Below the pieces are notes generated by a model that ran no database searches, was not told where the DNA came from, and was given only the letters and a program-made list of their open reading frames with translations. This document shows positions 1-8,070 of a stretch of 32,000 nucleotides of DNA, piece after piece; position 1 is the first letter of the stretch; every line of letters begins with the position of its first letter. The stretch comes from an uncultured Gammaproteobacteria bacterium (GTDB taxonomy: Bacteria > Patescibacteriota > Microgenomatia > Daviesbacterales > UBA10151). A program made the position numbers and the translations under genes. The stretch is taken from assembly GCA_964360965.1 (NCBI GenBank), contig CAYHYM010000003.1:1-32000 (forward strand), given 5' to 3'.

Positions 1-569
1 ACCAGATCTGCCCCCACATCAGCCCCTTTGGTAAAAATCCCCCCTCCCAGCCTGGCAAAAACAGAAATCAGCGACCCTCCAAATCCCAGACCAATTAAAG
101 CTCGCAGGTCTCCACCTGAATACTGATAAAAACCCCAAACTGCCCCCAAAGCCAATCCTGCCACCAAAAATCCGGTTACTGCCCCGCCTCTAAAAGCCAG
201 TGAAAAAGCAGGAGATAATCCCTTTTTGGCAGCCTCGGTTACCCTGACATTGGCCCGGACAGCCACACTCATACCCGCAAATCCTGCCAAAGCTGATAAA
301 GCGGCTCCCACCAAAAACCCCAAGGCACTATTTGTACCTAAAAATTGGTAGATGAAAGCAGCAAAAACCACCGCCACCAGTGCTACCACCGCATACTGCC
401 TTTTCAGATATGCTGCAGCACCCTCTTGGATGGCAGAGGCAATCTCTTGCATTTTAGAATCCCCTGCAGGATGTTTTAAAATATCAACTATCAACCATAG
501 ACCATAGAGTAAAGAAACCCCAACCGAGACCCAAATGATATTGTTAACATTATCTAAAATAACTTCCAT
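1..569 (-). CDS. hppA: H+(Na+)-translocating membrane pyrophosphatase, N-terminal portion (gene continues beyond window start)
   Basis: Partial ORF, not in the ORF track. Reverse-strand ATG at 569-567, 5 nt after the lon stop. Own translation: [17 protein letters not shown]...[13 protein letters not shown]...[36 protein letters not shown] is the hallmark motif of V-type PPases, and the protein is very hydrophobic. Confidence 0.85.
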   Translation of the reverse strand, partial: [189 protein letters not shown]

Positions 570-574
570 AAAAT

Positions 575-2989
575 TCATGCCAAGGCTGGTTGGTGGATAA
601 TGGGCAGTTCTTTTTGTATTCGAAGCTGTAGCTGGCCAGTTAAGGCCACTTTTAACACCTCATCCATATGTTTGACAAAGACAAATTTTAGATCCTTTTG
701 CACATAATCAGGAATATCCTCCAAATCCTTTTCATTATCTTTGGGAATTATTACAGTTTTAACTCCGGCCCTGTGGGCTGCCAAGACTTTTTCTTTCAAA
801 CCGCCAATTTCCAAGACCCGGCCTCGCAAAGTCACCTCACCTGTCATGGCCACATCACGTCTGACTGGGATTCTGATAAAAGCAGACACAATGGCTGAAG
901 TTAAAGCTATTCCTGCTGACGGCCCATCTTTGGGAATGGCTCCTTCCGGCACATGAATATGAATATCAAACTTATGAAAAAATTTCTCGGGTAGACCTAA
1001 CTCTCCCCAATGAGACCTGACATAAGACATGGCTGCCTGGCCTGATTCTTTCATCACATCTCCCAAATGCCCTGTTAAAAGCAAATTTCCTCTGCCCGGC
1101 ATCAGAGTCACTTCAATAAAAAGTACGTGCCCTCCACCCTCATCAACTGCCAAACCTGTAGCCATACCTATCTCATCCTCTTTTTCTGATAAAATGGATA
1201 AAAATTTGATCGGCCCAAGGTAAGTGTGAATGTCTGCCGGGGAAATTTTAAAGGATTTATGGCCATCCCCTTCAGCAATTTTTCTGGCCACTTTACGAAG
1301 GATTGAGGCAATTTCCCGCTCCAAATTTCTTACCCCTGCCTCTCTGGTATACTCTGTGATGATGGTATGTATGGCAGAATCCTCAAACTCCACTCCTCTT
1401 ACCTTCAGTCCATGACTGTCAATCTGCTTGGGGATTAAAAAACTTTTGGCAATGTGGAATTTTTCATCCTCAGTGTAGCCTGGATAGCGAATTACTTCTA
1501 ATCTGTCTCTTAGAGCTGGTGGGACAGTATCTAAAATATTGGCTGTGGTGATAAACATCACATTTGATAAATCATATGGCACCTCCAAATAATGATCGGA
1601 AAAGGCAAAATTTTGCTCAGGGTCTAAAGCCTCCAGCAAAGCAGCAGAAGGATCTCCCCTAAAATCCACTCCAATTTTATCAATCTCATCCAGCATAAAA
1701 ACAGGGTTGATAGTTCCTGCAGTTTTTATCCCCTGAATTATCCTTCCCGGCATTGATCCCACATAAGTTCTCCTGTGACCTCTAATTTCAGCCTCATCCC
1801 TGATTCCTCCCAGAGACATTTTGACAAATTTTTTGCCCATGGCCCGGGCTATAGATTTTCCAATAGAGGTTTTACCTGTTCCTGGGGGACCGACAAAACA
1901 AAGAATAGGACCCCTGACTTTTCCAGACAGTTTATGAACTGCCAAATATTCAATGATCCTCTCTTTTACTTTAGACAACCCAAAATGATCTTCATCTAAA
2001 ATTTGTTGGGCCTTTTTCAAATCAAGCTTGGTCCTGCTGCCATTTTTCCAGGGAAGGTCTGTTAACCACTCCAGGTAATTTCTAATATAGCCTGCCTCAG
2101 GGTTATAGGTGGACATTTTGGAAAGTCTGGAAAGTTCTTTATGGGCTTTTTCTTGTACCTCTTTGGGCATTCCTCCCTTTTTAATTTTTAGCTCCAGTTC
2201 CCGAATCTCCTGATTCTCACCTCCTTCATCTAATTCCTCCTGGATGCTTTTCATTTGCTCCCTAAGTATTGCCTCTTTGGTCAGTTTTGATACTCTTTCT
2301 TGGGTTTGAGAAGAAATTTTTTGGGAAATTTCCAAAATTCTGATCTCTTTTGCCAAAAGTTCGGAAACTCTCTGCAATCTTTCTGCTGCAGAAACCATCT
2401 CCAAAAGCTGTTGTTTGTCAATAGTTTTAAATTCTATAACATGGTGGGCTATTGCATTTACCAGCTGGTTTGGATCATCAGTATAGCCAAAAATAGACCA
2501 GTTAGAAAAACCTCCAATCTCAAACATGGGACTACCTCCAAGCCCTATAAAGCGTTTGAGTTGCTCTCTGACTGTTCTTATTAAAGCTTCAGTCTGATCA
2601 GACTTTTCATAAAGTTCAGGGATTTCCTCAATTTCTGCCTCAAGGTATGGTTCTATTTGGGTAAAACTCTTGATATAAACTCTGCTTAAGCCTTGTGCTT
2701 GAAGAGTATATTCACCTTCGGGAGAAACCACTACCCTTTTTATTAAACAAACTGTTCCAACCCTGTATAAATCTTTTTCTGCGGGATCTTCTATTTTGGC
2801 ATTTTTTTGGGTGACAAAAACAATCAATTTATCCAAGTTCCAAGCCACATCCAAGGCTGCTTTTGATTTTTGGCGGCCTGATATGATTGGTACAAAATTA
2901 CCCGGGAAAATAACTGTATCACGAAGGGGACCTACCGGCATGGTGGGATTAAGTTTAACTGGTTGGGAAAAAGACTTTGAATAATCCAT
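575..2989 (-). CDS. lon: ATP-dependent Lon protease (LonA type)
   Basis: 804 aa. N-terminal LON substrate domain, AAA+ Walker [10 protein letters not shown], and C-terminal protease domain with the catalytic-Ser motif PKDGPSAG. Confidence 0.95.
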   Translation of the reverse strand: MDYSKSFSQPVKLNPTMPVGPLRDTVIFPGNFVPIISGRQKSKAALDVAWNLDKLIVFVTQKNAKIEDPAEKDLYRVGTVCLIKRVVVSPEGEYTLQAQGLSRVYIKSFTQIEPYLEAEIEEIPELYEKSDQTEALIRTVREQLKRFIGLGGSPMFEIGGFSNWSIFGYTDDPNQLVNAIAHHVIEFKTIDKQQLLEMVSAAERLQRVSELLAKEIRILEISQKISSQTQERVSKLTKEAILREQMKSIQEELDEGGENQEIRELELKIKKGGMPKEVQEKAHKELSRLSKMSTYNPEAGYIRNYLEWLTDLPWKNGSRTKLDLKKAQQILDEDHFGLSKVKERIIEYLAVHKLSGKVRGPILCFVGPPGTGKTSIGKSIARAMGKKFVKMSLGGIRDEAEIRGHRRTYVGSMPGRIIQGIKTAGTINPVFMLDEIDKIGVDFRGDPSAALLEALDPEQNFAFSDHYLEVPYDLSNVMFITTANILDTVPPALRDRLEVIRYPGYTEDEKFHIAKSFLIPKQIDSHGLKVRGVEFEDSAIHTIITEYTREAGVRNLEREIASILRKVARKIAEGDGHKSFKISPADIHTYLGPIKFLSILSEKEDEIGMATGLAVDEGGGHVLFIEVTLMPGRGNLLLTGHLGDVMKESGQAAMSYVRSHWGELGLPEKFFHKFDIHIHVPEGAIPKDGPSAGIALTSAIVSAFIRIPVRRDVAMTGEVTLRGRVLEIGGLKEKVLAAHRAGVKTVIIPKDNEKDLEDIPDYVQKDLKFVFVKHMDEVLKVALTGQLQLRIQKELPIIHQPALA

Positions 2990-3019
2990 TTATAAATTAG
3001 CAGTTTACATCATTGACTG

Positions 3020-3553
3020 CTAAAAGTCAACACCTTTTCTGGCCATGATTCCCTGTTGATACGGATGTTTTATCTGCTTCATTTCTGTTACCAAATCTGC
3101 CATGTCAATAAGTTTTTTATGGGCATGATGGCCAGTTAAAACCAAATCCAACTGTTGGGGTTTGGCCTTTATTAATTTTACCACATTTGCCAAAGGCAAA
3201 ACACCAGCAGAATTGGCTCCCACTATCTCATCTGCTACTATTATATCCCACTTTGGGGATTTTATCTCATTATACAGTATATCAAAAGCCTCTTTGGCTG
3301 CCTTTTTGTGTTGTGTAAGAGGAACTTTATCTCCCAAAATATTCAAAAACCCCTTGCCTCCTTGAATAATTTTAACCAAAGGTGAAAGTAATTTAGCTCC
3401 CACCAACTCCCCGGTAAACCAGGCTTTTCCAAACTGCACTATTAAACATTTTTTCTTGTACCCCACTGCGCGCAGTACCAATCCCAACGCGGCCGTGGTC
3501 TTCCCTTTCCCCTCCCCGGTATATAAAATAACTAACCCTTTTTCATCATTCAT
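3020..3553 (-). CDS. cobO: cob(I)yrinic acid a,c-diamide / cob(I)alamin adenosyltransferase (CobA/CobO/BtuR type)
   Basis: 177 aa. N-terminal P-loop YTGEGKGKTTAALGLVLRA, plus the size and layout typical of CobO/BtuR. Confidence 0.8.
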   Translation of the reverse strand: MNDEKGLVILYTGEGKGKTTAALGLVLRAVGYKKKCLIVQFGKAWFTGELVGAKLLSPLVKIIQGGKGFLNILGDKVPLTQHKKAAKEAFDILYNEIKSPKWDIIVADEIVGANSAGVLPLANVVKLIKAKPQQLDLVLTGHHAHKKLIDMADLVTEMKQIKHPYQQGIMARKGVDF

Positions 3554-3589
3554 GCGCCCATTTTACCAAACTGGAAACAAAGCGTATGG

Positions 3590-3633
3590 ACACCCTTGGG
3601 GTGTATTCGTATTGACACCTGCGGATATTTGAG
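3590..3633 (+). repeat. left 44-nt repeat (ACACCC-ttg-GGGTGT hairpin followed by TTGACA)
   Basis: acacccttggggtgtattcgtattgacacctgcggatatttgag. TTGACA, then 17 nt, then TATGCT lies just upstream of the transposase ATG, so it is a possible promoter. Confidence 0.75.
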
Positions 3634-3648
3634 ATATGCTAGGCTCAA

Positions 3649-4293
3649 ATGCCTTCCAGAATTTTCCCCTTTGTAAATGGGCAGTATTACCACATCTATA
3701 ATAGGGGTGTAGAAAAAAGAACTATCTTTGAAAAAAGCTGGGACTACTCAAGACTTAAAAAGACAATGCAGTATTATCAGCTTCTCGGCCCTAAGCCAAG
3801 GCTATCTAAATTCCTATTAGGCTCAATTCTCAAGCCAGATACCAATAAGAAGATCGTGGACATTATTTGCTACTGTTTAATGCCAAATCATTTTCACTTT
3901 CTTATAAAACAGTTAAAAGAGGGTGGAATTACAGAATTTGTTAGTAAATTAAGTAACAGTTATACCAAATATTACAATGTAAAATATAAACGGGTTGGAC
4001 CCTTACTACAGGGAGAATTTAAAGCTGTATTAGTAGAATCTGATGAACAATTGCTACATGTTTCTCGCTATATTCATTTGAACCCGATTGCTTCTTTTTT
4101 GGTAAAAGACTTAAATCTCTATGAATGGTCTTCTTATAAAGAATATACTAATAACCATAAAGGTATTTGTAATACGGAAGAAATTATGGGCTTTTTTAAA
4201 GATAGCTCCTCTTATCAAAAATTTTGTTTGGACCAAGTTGAATATGCCCAAAAACTGGAACTAATTAAGCATCAATTATTGGAAGAAGAATAA
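3649..4293 (+). CDS. HUH-family Y1 transposase, IS200-like / REP-associated tyrosine transposase (RAYT)-like
   Basis: 214 aa. HUH motif in CYCLMPNHFHFLIK and catalytic-Tyr region SRYIHLNPI, the typical Y1_Tnp/RAYT signature. Confidence 0.75.
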   Translation: MPSRIFPFVNGQYYHIYNRGVEKRTIFEKSWDYSRLKKTMQYYQLLGPKPRLSKFLLGSILKPDTNKKIVDIICYCLMPNHFHFLIKQLKEGGITEFVSKLSNSYTKYYNVKYKRVGPLLQGEFKAVLVESDEQLLHVSRYIHLNPIASFLVKDLNLYEWSSYKEYTNNHKGICNTEEIMGFFKDSSSYQKFCLDQVEYAQKLELIKHQLLEEE

Positions 4294-4294
4294 T

Positions 4295-4338
4295 ACACCC
4301 TTGGGGTGTATTTGTATTGACACCTGCGGATTTTTGAG
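4295..4338 (+). repeat. right 44-nt repeat (same hairpin, same orientation)
   Basis: acacccttggggtgtatttgtattgacacctgcggatttttgag, starting 2 nt after the transposase stop. 42 of 44 positions are identical to the left copy. Confidence 0.75.
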
Positions 4339-4371
4339 AAAATTTGACCGGCACCCTTGAAGGGAAGATAA

Positions 4372-4935
4372 CTATTTAATCAAATTACTAAAGCAGAGCG
4401 GGCATAAAAACTTCCTATAGATATTTGATTTAGCCATAGTAGCACCTGGATGCATTACACACTTCGGATCTCTGCAGTGAGCACCCTGATCAAATATAGA
4501 CTTGGCATAGTCATCAAAATGATCCTGATTTTTAACTGCCCAATGACCTACTTCATGAACAGTTAAGTTCTTTATCCTACGTTCGTATTCTTTTTTGCTA
4601 ACTCTTAGAACAGAACTGTCTTCTCCTTTTAATCCGCGCAGTCTGGCCAATGAAATTATCACACTTTTTGTTTTAGGACTTGAAACCCCATAACAAAAAT
4701 CCTCTACTGATTTAGGATAAGCAGATAAGATTTGGTTGCCAGTTACATATACGGTATTAACAACTTTTGCTGGAAAATTAACCCGATAAATTCCAAACTC
4801 CTCATCGAACTCTAAAAAATCCTGATGCTCTTTTTTTCTTACAGATACTTTATATCCGAATATCTTTTTAATTATATCAGCGACTATTAAACCTTCTTTT
4901 CTAATATACGGGTCATAATCAACTGATAATTTCAC
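4372..4935 (-). CDS. archaemetzincin-like zinc metallopeptidase (M54-like)
   Basis: 187 aa. HEVGH, then ...AHC-RDPK-C-V-M-x16-CPLC, which matches the archaemetzincin signature HExxH...C-x4-C-x-M-x17-CxxC apart from a longer linker after HExxH. The start lies 18 nt downstream of nrdJ on the same strand. Confidence 0.6.
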   Translation of the reverse strand: MKLSVDYDPYIRKEGLIVADIIKKIFGYKVSVRKKEHQDFLEFDEEFGIYRVNFPAKVVNTVYVTGNQILSAYPKSVEDFCYGVSSPKTKSVIISLARLRGLKGEDSSVLRVSKKEYERRIKNLTVHEVGHWAVKNQDHFDDYAKSIFDQGAHCRDPKCVMHPGATMAKSNIYRKFLCPLCFSNLIK

Positions 4936-4953
4936 AACTTGAGTATACCAGAC

Positions 4954-7539
4954 TTAACACTTACTATATCCACAGGAGTAGCAGGTTTGGCAGCCTTCTT
5001 CCAGCACAAAAGAAGCAGTACCACACTCTGGACACAAATCCGCAGTGGCAGAAATATGCATCTGTCCCAAGGGCATCTTTTCTCCTCCATTACTCTGAGT
5101 TAAGTCTAGGGGTACTTGTTCTGGTGTTTGAGAACTACCATTTAAAGCTAAATCTTCTGCTAAAGCCTTAGCTATAGCATCAGCTAAACTCATCACTCTA
5201 TCTTTACCAAACCCAATTTGAGATGATCCACCAATTCCCTTTAGTTGAGAAACTACCTTTACTGCAATTTCTTTTGAATTTGGCCTAGAGATCCTTAAAG
5301 CCAAAGAGACCAACCTACCAATAGCTTCTGCATCAGCTGATGTATGCATACCAGCCTTACCTATTGTCACAAACACCTCAAACGGGTGATCTTCGCTATC
5401 GCGATTGATTGTAACAAAGGCCTCTCCAACCGGAGTCATCATTTTATAAGTTCTGCCTCTTAAGATTACTGGTCGCTCACCCATAGTATCAGCGCTATTT
5501 GTTTCTGTCTTAATTTCTCCGTTAGTAAGAGTTCCAGTTGAAAAATTAGTCCCTACGGCCAGCTGATCATAATAAGAATTATCTTTTTTAACCTCCAAGA
5601 CCTGCTTTTCCCGGGATCCATCCCGATAAATGGTAATTCCTTTACAGCCTGTTTCATAAACCATCATATAGGCTCTTCGGACATCTTCTACGGTTGCTTC
5701 ATGGGCAAAATTAATGGTTTTAGAGATGGCATTATCCACATGTTTTTGAAAAGCAGCCTGCATTTTAACATGTTCCTCAGGCAAAATATCATGAGCCACC
5801 ACAAATACCTGCTGCCATTTTTCCGGCACCTCACTCAAGCCTTGGACTGATCCGTAATTTTGCTCAATCTTCTCCATCAGTTGTTCCGAATAAAAACCTT
5901 CTGCCTGAGCTATTTGCAAAAATATCGGGTTAGTATTAAAAAGCCTTTTCCCTTCAATGGTATTTTTGGCGAAAGACAGACCAAAATACGGTTCAATTCC
6001 GGATGAGGCATCAGCCAGCATGGAGATGGTACCGGTTGGGGCTATGGTGGTCACAGCCCCGTTTCTAATTTTTAGGTTTTGTCCTAAAAAGTAGGGGCTT
6101 TTGGGATCAAAAATTGATCCACTCCAGGCCGGGAAAACTCCTCTTTCCCTGGCCAGATCTAAGCTTGCTATCTTGGCTGCCTTTTGAATACAGTCCATTA
6201 TATCCTCTGCCACCTGTAAACCCTTATCTGTGTTATAACCCACCCCCAGCTTAAACAGGGCATCGGCAAATCCCATCACCCCCAAACCTATTCTTCTAAT
6301 ATTTCTGGTTGTTTGGGCAATTTCTTCTACCGGGTAATTATTCATATCCAAAACATTGTCCAAAAAGTGAACTGACTGCCTGGTTACCTCTTCCAAACCC
6401 GCATAATCAATCTGGCCATCTGTGACAAACTTACCCACATTGATAGACCCCAAGGTACAAGCATCATACGGTAACAGGGGCTGTTCCCCACAGGGATTAG
6501 TAGCCTCAATCATGCCAATTTGAGGAGTGGGGTTGGCCCCTGATTTATTAATCCGATCAATCATAATCATACCTGGATCACCATAGTGCCAGGCCAGCTG
6601 GGTGATAAGCAAAAATACCTTTTTGGCATTTAATCTACCAGTCACCTGACCGGTTCTGGGATTAATTAACTCATATCCTTCATCCTTATGCCTCGCCCGG
6701 ACCAGATCATATAATTTGGCCACCCCATCCTCTACCTTTTTTAGCTTCAAATCAATATCACGGATGGCTTGAGCAGCCTTTATTTCCTTCACAATCTCTT
6801 CCCAATCCGGCTCACTTAAAACGTATCTGCTATCCTTTTTCACCTGTTCCATCCACTCCTCAGTGACAGTGACCGAGATATTAAAATTAGTCAGGGAAAA
6901 TTCATCTACCTTCATCACTGCAAAACGCAAAATATCCGGATGAGTAATATATAAAATACCCATATTGGCGCCGCGCCTGACCCCTCCCTGTTTAATCTGA
7001 GAAGTCACATCATTATAAGCTTGCAAAAATGAACATGGCCCCACTGTTTTACCGCCAGAGGAAGAAATCACATCTCCAAAAGGACGCAGTCTGGAGAAAG
7101 AAAATCCAGTGCCGCCGCCGGATTTGTGAATCATTACCATATCCACCATGGTTTTGGCAATTGATTTCATATCATCTTCAATAGGCAGCACAAAACAGGC
7201 GGACAGCTGCTGCATTCTCTTACCTGCATTAAGCATGGTGGGGGTGTTGGGAACAAACTGCTGACAGGACATGATTTTATAAAACTGTCTGGCTAAATCT
7301 GTAACTTCTTTTTTACCTTCACCATAAAACAGATCAGCTGATGCAATGTTATAGGCCACTCTCCAAAACATCTCTTTGGCATCCTCAACTGGCTCGCCTT
7401 TTTCATCGCGAAAAGCGTAACGGGTTCTGCCAACATATAAAGCATTTTCAGAAAGCTCAGGCTCCGTCAAATCTAGCGGTGCAGTGGGAATTTGTTGGCC
7501 AATTTTCCAGACATCTGCTAATTTATATTTCTTTTTCAT
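4954..7539 (-). CDS. nrdJ: adenosylcobalamin-dependent (class II) ribonucleotide reductase
   Basis: 861 aa. RNR barrel motifs (NPCGEQPL, TIAPTGT), no ATP-cone, and a C-terminal CxxC...CxxC tail (CPECG...CQTCYSCG). It overlaps nrdR by 4 nt. Confidence 0.9.
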   Translation of the reverse strand: MKKKYKLADVWKIGQQIPTAPLDLTEPELSENALYVGRTRYAFRDEKGEPVEDAKEMFWRVAYNIASADLFYGEGKKEVTDLARQFYKIMSCQQFVPNTPTMLNAGKRMQQLSACFVLPIEDDMKSIAKTMVDMVMIHKSGGGTGFSFSRLRPFGDVISSSGGKTVGPCSFLQAYNDVTSQIKQGGVRRGANMGILYITHPDILRFAVMKVDEFSLTNFNISVTVTEEWMEQVKKDSRYVLSEPDWEEIVKEIKAAQAIRDIDLKLKKVEDGVAKLYDLVRARHKDEGYELINPRTGQVTGRLNAKKVFLLITQLAWHYGDPGMIMIDRINKSGANPTPQIGMIEATNPCGEQPLLPYDACTLGSINVGKFVTDGQIDYAGLEEVTRQSVHFLDNVLDMNNYPVEEIAQTTRNIRRIGLGVMGFADALFKLGVGYNTDKGLQVAEDIMDCIQKAAKIASLDLARERGVFPAWSGSIFDPKSPYFLGQNLKIRNGAVTTIAPTGTISMLADASSGIEPYFGLSFAKNTIEGKRLFNTNPIFLQIAQAEGFYSEQLMEKIEQNYGSVQGLSEVPEKWQQVFVVAHDILPEEHVKMQAAFQKHVDNAISKTINFAHEATVEDVRRAYMMVYETGCKGITIYRDGSREKQVLEVKKDNSYYDQLAVGTNFSTGTLTNGEIKTETNSADTMGERPVILRGRTYKMMTPVGEAFVTINRDSEDHPFEVFVTIGKAGMHTSADAEAIGRLVSLALRISRPNSKEIAVKVVSQLKGIGGSSQIGFGKDRVMSLADAIAKALAEDLALNGSSQTPEQVPLDLTQSNGGEKMPLGQMHISATADLCPECGTASFVLEEGCQTCYSCGYSKC

Positions 7540-7979
7540 GGTAGACTTTTTAACTCGCTTAAGAAATCTTTTGGATTACCAAAATCCCGATAAACACTGG
7601 CAAAACGAAGGTAAGCCACCCCGTCTATTCTTTTAAGCTCAGATAACACCCATTTACCCAAGGTAACCGATGGCACTTCTTTTAAACCCCTGACCCTAAT
7701 TCTACCTTCTATTTTATCAACCACTCTCTGAGCCCTGTCAATACCAGGTCTTTTCTGAAGGGCTTTTAAAATCCCCGTCTTTAACTTTTCAGTAGAAAAA
7801 GGCTCCCTTTTACCATCCTTTTTGATCACCTGTAAAGACAAATGAGCCAGTTGTTCATAGGTGGTAAAACGTTTGCTGCAGTGTAAACATTCCCTACGGC
7901 GTCTGATCTCTCCCCTGCCGGCAACTGTACGTTTGTCAACTACCTTGCTTTGTAAACTGTCACAAAAAGGACAATGCAC
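7536..7979 (-). CDS. nrdR: transcriptional repressor NrdR (zinc ribbon + ATP-cone)
   Basis: 147 aa. MHCPFC...CLHC zinc ribbon followed by an ATP-cone. The start codon is GTG (reverse complement of cac at 7977-7979). Confidence 0.9.
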   Translation of the reverse strand: MHCPFCDSLQSKVVDKRTVAGRGEIRRRRECLHCSKRFTTYEQLAHLSLQVIKKDGKREPFSTEKLKTGILKALQKRPGIDRAQRVVDKIEGRIRVRGLKEVPSVTLGKWVLSELKRIDGVAYLRFASVYRDFGNPKDFLSELKSLP

Positions 7980-7987
7980 TGATTAAA

Positions 7988-8034
7988 ACATAACATATTG
8001 TTATTCAGACATGTCAAGATACAAGATATAGTGT
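7988..8034 (-). promoter_or_regulatory. two tandem NrdR boxes upstream of nrdR-nrdJ
   Basis: Minus-strand 16-mers acactatatcttgtat (8034-8019) and taacaatatgttatgt (8003-7988) match the remembered consensus acaCwAtATaTwgtGt at 14 of 16 and 12 of 16 positions. Centre-to-centre spacing is 31 bp, the usual tandem spacing. TTGACA hexamers are adjacent. Confidence 0.55.
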
Positions 8035-8070
8035 CTTGTCAATAAGCTTACCTAAATTGACAATGACAGA

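Larger units (their letters stand above)
3590..4338 (+). mobile_element. IS200/RAYT-like unit: HUH-Y1 transposase gene bracketed by two same-strand 44-nt repeats, each carrying a 6-bp-stem hairpin
   Basis: Repeat copies at 3590-3633 and 4295-4338 differ at only 2 positions and flank ORF 3649-4293. Same-strand subterminal hairpins are the architecture of IS200/IS605 ends. Confidence 0.55.

Noticed and set aside
698-2984. Eight plus-strand ORFs of 61-94 aa from the ORF track, lying inside the lon gene
   Set aside because: They lie entirely antisense to a full-length, motif-rich Lon CDS. Their translations are low-complexity with no motifs. They are shadow ORFs.
4351-4367. gcacccttgaagggaag, considered as a third partial copy of the transposase-flanking hairpin
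   Set aside because: Only the 8-mer cacccttg is shared, and the putative stem has a 1-nt loop. It is too short to distinguish from chance.
8056-8061. TTGACA hexamer 10 nt upstream of the lipase GTG start, considered as its -35 box
   Set aside because: It is too close to the start codon to be the promoter of that gene, and the signal peptide fixes the start near 8071. It may belong to the divergent nrdR side or be fortuitous.
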